From contig CAVTUQ010000037.1 of NCBI GenBank assembly GCA_963737905.1, positions 160,001-224,000 on the forward strand: a stretch of 64,000 nt of DNA, written 5' to 3'. The position numbers and the translations under genes were made by a program. Under the pieces are notes generated by a model that was given only the letters and a program-made list of their open reading frames with translations, had not been told where the DNA came from and searched no databases. This stretch comes from an uncultured delta proteobacterium. GTDB taxonomy: Bacteria; Desulfobacterota; Binatia; UBA9968. Shown here piece by piece: positions 60,956 to 64,000 of this stretch. Each line of letters starts with the position of its first letter. The stretch's first letter is position 1.

Positions 60956-63095
60956 ATGAGTTTATCGGCACAAATATTCCTCGGACTAGGCCTGGGGATC
61001 GCGACGGGTATTTTCTTCGGCGAGATAGCGGCTCCACTGAAACTCGTTGGCGCAGGCTTTGTCCAATTGCTGCAGATGGCCGTGCTGCCTTACATCATCA
61101 TTGCCCTGATCTCAGGGCTCGGTAAATTGAATTACGGCGATGCGGTCAAGCTATCGTTGCGGGTGGGCAGCCTGCTTTTGCTGATCTGGGCGTTGACCTT
61201 GGCAGTCGTCTATCTCTTGCCGCTTAGCTTTCCGCAATGGGAAGCGGTGTCGTTCTTTAGCACGACCTTGCTGGTACAACCCGAGGAATTCAATTTCCTT
61301 GAGTTCATACCCAGCAACCCTTTCTACTCGATGGCCAACAATATCGTGCCCGCCGTGGTGCTTTTCAGCATTGCGGTAGGCCTGGCCCTGATGGGAATCG
61401 AGAGAAAGGATTCTTTCATCAATGACTTGGAAATCCTGGAAGAAGCGCTCAAGCGGGTCATGAAATTCGTCGTCCGGCTCACCCCGTACGGTATTTTCGC
61501 GATCGCCGCGAGCACAGCCGGCACCATGAATGTCGATGAATTGAGCCGCTTGCAGGTGTATCTCATCGCCTATGCTATGGCCGCCCTCTTGATGACCTTT
61601 GCCGTGCTGCCTGCTCTCGTTATGCTGCTGACACCGCTCGGTTACCGCGAGATCCTCGGAGCCACGAAAGACGCGCTGCTAATGGCGTTCGCAACAGACA
61701 ACTTGCTGATCGTGATACCGATGCTGACTGACCACGGAAAGGAACTGCTAAACAAAAGGATGGGCGGCAGCCCAGAATCGGTGTCTAGCGTTGACGTCAT
61801 CGTTCCGGTTTCCTTTAATTTTCCAAACGTTGGCAGACTGTTGCAGCTCGTTTTTATCCTCTTTGCGGCCTGGTTCACCAGTTCAGCCATCAGCCTTGCG
61901 GGGTATTTCGGTTTAACTGTGTCCGGTCTATTAAGCCTGTTTGGCAAACCGGTTGCCGCCATGCCGTTTTTGCTTGATCTGCTTCGCCTGCCGGCCGATA
62001 TGATGCAGCTTTACCTCGCCTCGGGTATTTTCGTCTCCCAACTGGGCACTTTATCCTCCGCGATGCATCTTTTTTCCCTCGCAGTGCTCGGGGGCTTTGC
62101 GATGGCGGGGAGGTTGCGTTTTCAGTGGAAGCGCTTCATTCCAGTGACAGCGCTTGCGGTTGGAGTTGTCGCGATCACGATCGGCGGGGCCCGAGCTTAC
62201 TTCTCATTTGCGGTTGAAAACGCCTACGACAAGGATAAAATCCTCGCGCTTATGCAACCTTTATTCCCTGCCGGCTCAGCCAAGGTTTACAAATCAGCAC
62301 CGCCTCCTAGACCGGTGGAACGGTCTCAGCCCGCATTGAAAAGAATCCACGATCGGGGAGCCATCCGGGTCGGATATTTCACCGATAACCGCCCTTTCTC
62401 CTTTTTGAACACAGAGGGTACCCTCGTCGGCCTGGATGTTGAAATGGCGCATGTTCTTGCCGACTCTCTTGGCGTGGGCCTCGAGTTCGTGCTCGTCGAT
62501 CGCTCCAAGATATCGGAGCAAGTTAAATGAAGGTTACTGTGACATCGTGATGTCGGGGGTTGTGGTCACTCCAGAACGCGCGGAAACCGCCCGACTCTCG
62601 GCGCCCTATTTGGAAATGACCCTGGCTTTTATCGTCCAAGATCATCGACGAAAGGAATTTAGCAGCCGTGAAGCACTGCAGAATCTCAAAGCTCCGAAGC
62701 TAGCCATTTTAGACGTTCCCTACTTTGTCTCTTTTGTCCGAGAGCGCCTGCCCAACGCACAGCTGGTGATTGTGGAATCCGCCGAAGAATTTTTTGAATC
62801 CAAGGGAAAAACTCTTGATGGGTTTATCTATACCGCGGAAGCGGGATCGGCTTGGAGTCTCCTCCATCCGGAATACACCGTTGCGGTGCCGCCACCTCCG
62901 ATCTCGCTACCGCTGACCTATGCGATGGCGCGCGGGGACCACGAACTGACCGATTACGTCAACGCCCTGATCGATCTTAAGAAGAGGGACGGCACCTTAA
63001 AAAAACTTTATGACTATTGGGTCTTGGGTCGATTCGCCGCGAATAGGCAACCCCGCTGGTCCGTCATTCGCGACGTCCTTCATTGGGTCGAATAA
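60956..63095 (+). CDS. dicarboxylate/amino acid:cation symporter fused to a periplasmic amino-acid-binding domain; frameshift near 62522
   Basis: SDF motifs FVQLLQMAVLP, PSNPF, TPYGIFA; then SBP_bac_3 RGAIRVGY..PFSF..GLDVE continuing in ORF 62436-63095 (KRDGTL.KLYDYW). Confidence 0.82.
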
Positions 63096-63135
63096 GCGCG
63101 CTTTCTTTATTAGAGGATGCTTAGGATCATTCTCG

Positions 63136-63223
63136 CGCCAAGACGCCGAGAACGCCAAGTTCGGATTCATTTCCTTTGCGGCCCCTCCGACGCTGCTCAG
63201 GACATGCTTTCGCGGGTATGACG
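63136..63223. repeat. composite of short REP-like repeat fragments
   Basis: cgccaagacgccgagaacgccaag repeats, then ctccgacgctgctcaggac and gctttcgcgggtatgacg. Confidence 0.45.
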
Positions 63224-63292
63224 ATGGGGCGCTCGCTGATTTATAGTGCGAACTTTGGTGCCAGGACACTAGATCTAACATGGGATGAAACG

Positions 63293-63883
63293 ATGAAACA
63301 TTTTTTGGATTTTTTGAAGACGACATTGCTGGGCGGTGCACTCTTTCTGGTGCCGATCGTTCTGCTTGCTTTCGTTGCCTACACTGCGTTGGACATTGTA
63401 GACGATTTCGTCGAGCCGGTGGCCGCCTTGATCCCGGTGGAATCCGTCGGCGGTATCGGGGTGGCGAAGTTACTGGCGGGCGCCGTGATTGTCCTCTGCT
63501 GTTTTCTCGCCGGGCTGCTGGCGAAGACTGCCCTCGCCAAAAACCTGGTCGATTGGCTGGAGTACTCAGTGCTTTGTAACGTTCCCGGTTATGAAGTTAT
63601 CAAGAGCATGGGCGAGAGCATGGTCGGTATTGAGAGAGAAGAGGCACACCAAGCTGTCCTCGCCCGGATAGAGGAAACATGGCAGATCGCGTTCCTGGTC
63701 GAACGCATCGACGGAGGTTTCGTTGCGGTCTTCGTGCCCGATGCTCCGAACCCGTGGTCCGGCTCGGTTTTTTTCATGACCGAAGATCGCATCAAGTCTC
63801 TCGATCTGCCGCGCGCCCAATTGCTGAAGTGTCTGAATCGTCTCGGTGTGGGCTCCAACTCGCTTCTTGCGGGACGGCTATAG
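63293..63883 (+). CDS. DUF502 membrane protein
   Basis: GG.LFLVP, VPGYEVIK, VAVFVP.APNPWSG motifs. Confidence 0.8.
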   Translation: MKHFLDFLKTTLLGGALFLVPIVLLAFVAYTALDIVDDFVEPVAALIPVESVGGIGVAKLLAGAVIVLCCFLAGLLAKTALAKNLVDWLEYSVLCNVPGYEVIKSMGESMVGIEREEAHQAVLARIEETWQIAFLVERIDGGFVAVFVPDAPNPWSGSVFFMTEDRIKSLDLPRAQLLKCLNRLGVGSNSLLAGRL

Positions 63884-64000
63884 CTCTCTGCGCTCCGACT
63901 GTATCGGTGTGTTACGGATTGAGCATGTCTAACGAGCGAGAGGATCTGGCGTTAGCATGAACGGCGAACAAGGTTTGCGAGAAATCGCGCAGTCTCCGGG

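Overview
64 kb of gene-dense, moderately GC-rich bacterial chromosome. Multiple NMT1/SsuA-type binding proteins, amidohydrolase_2 paralogs and heptamer hairpin repeats suggest a deltaproteobacteria-like lineage such as Ca. Binatia (inference only). Left part: NCS2-type permease (partial), lipoprotein, lipB-lipA, VOC protein, amidase, broken sugar-ABC remnant, a lactate-type TRAP transporter divergent from glcD-glcF-glcE, DoxX, MltD-like transglycosylase, orphan binding proteins, a heme-oxygenase-like diiron protein, glgP, tartronate semialdehyde reductase, two amidohydrolases and a cupin. Middle: an intact IS630 inserted in the stop codon of a solitary DGQHR (DndB/DpdB-like) gene, an atypical large PBP, queE, a double-length UvrA, DUF983, TfoX-N, MOSC and an ICL/PEP-mutase protein. 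The best candidate for an undescribed system is 42.3-49.9 kb: cupredoxin, His-rich secreted helical protein, DUF4331, TPR and an RcnA-like fusion, divergent from an ECF sigma/RskA pair, with two matching divergent AATCC-N17-CGTA promoters and N-terminal His motifs on the secreted proteins. The right end is a probable sigma54-linked island: membrane-bound bEBP, pentameric ligand-gated ion channel, Rap1a-like protein, OM barrel, sulfatase, methyltransferase and an SDF symporter fused to a binding protein. Many genes carry single-base frameshifts, most likely assembly errors. No rRNA, tRNA or CRISPR array was recognised. All family assignments are from motif recognition by eye, not database searches.
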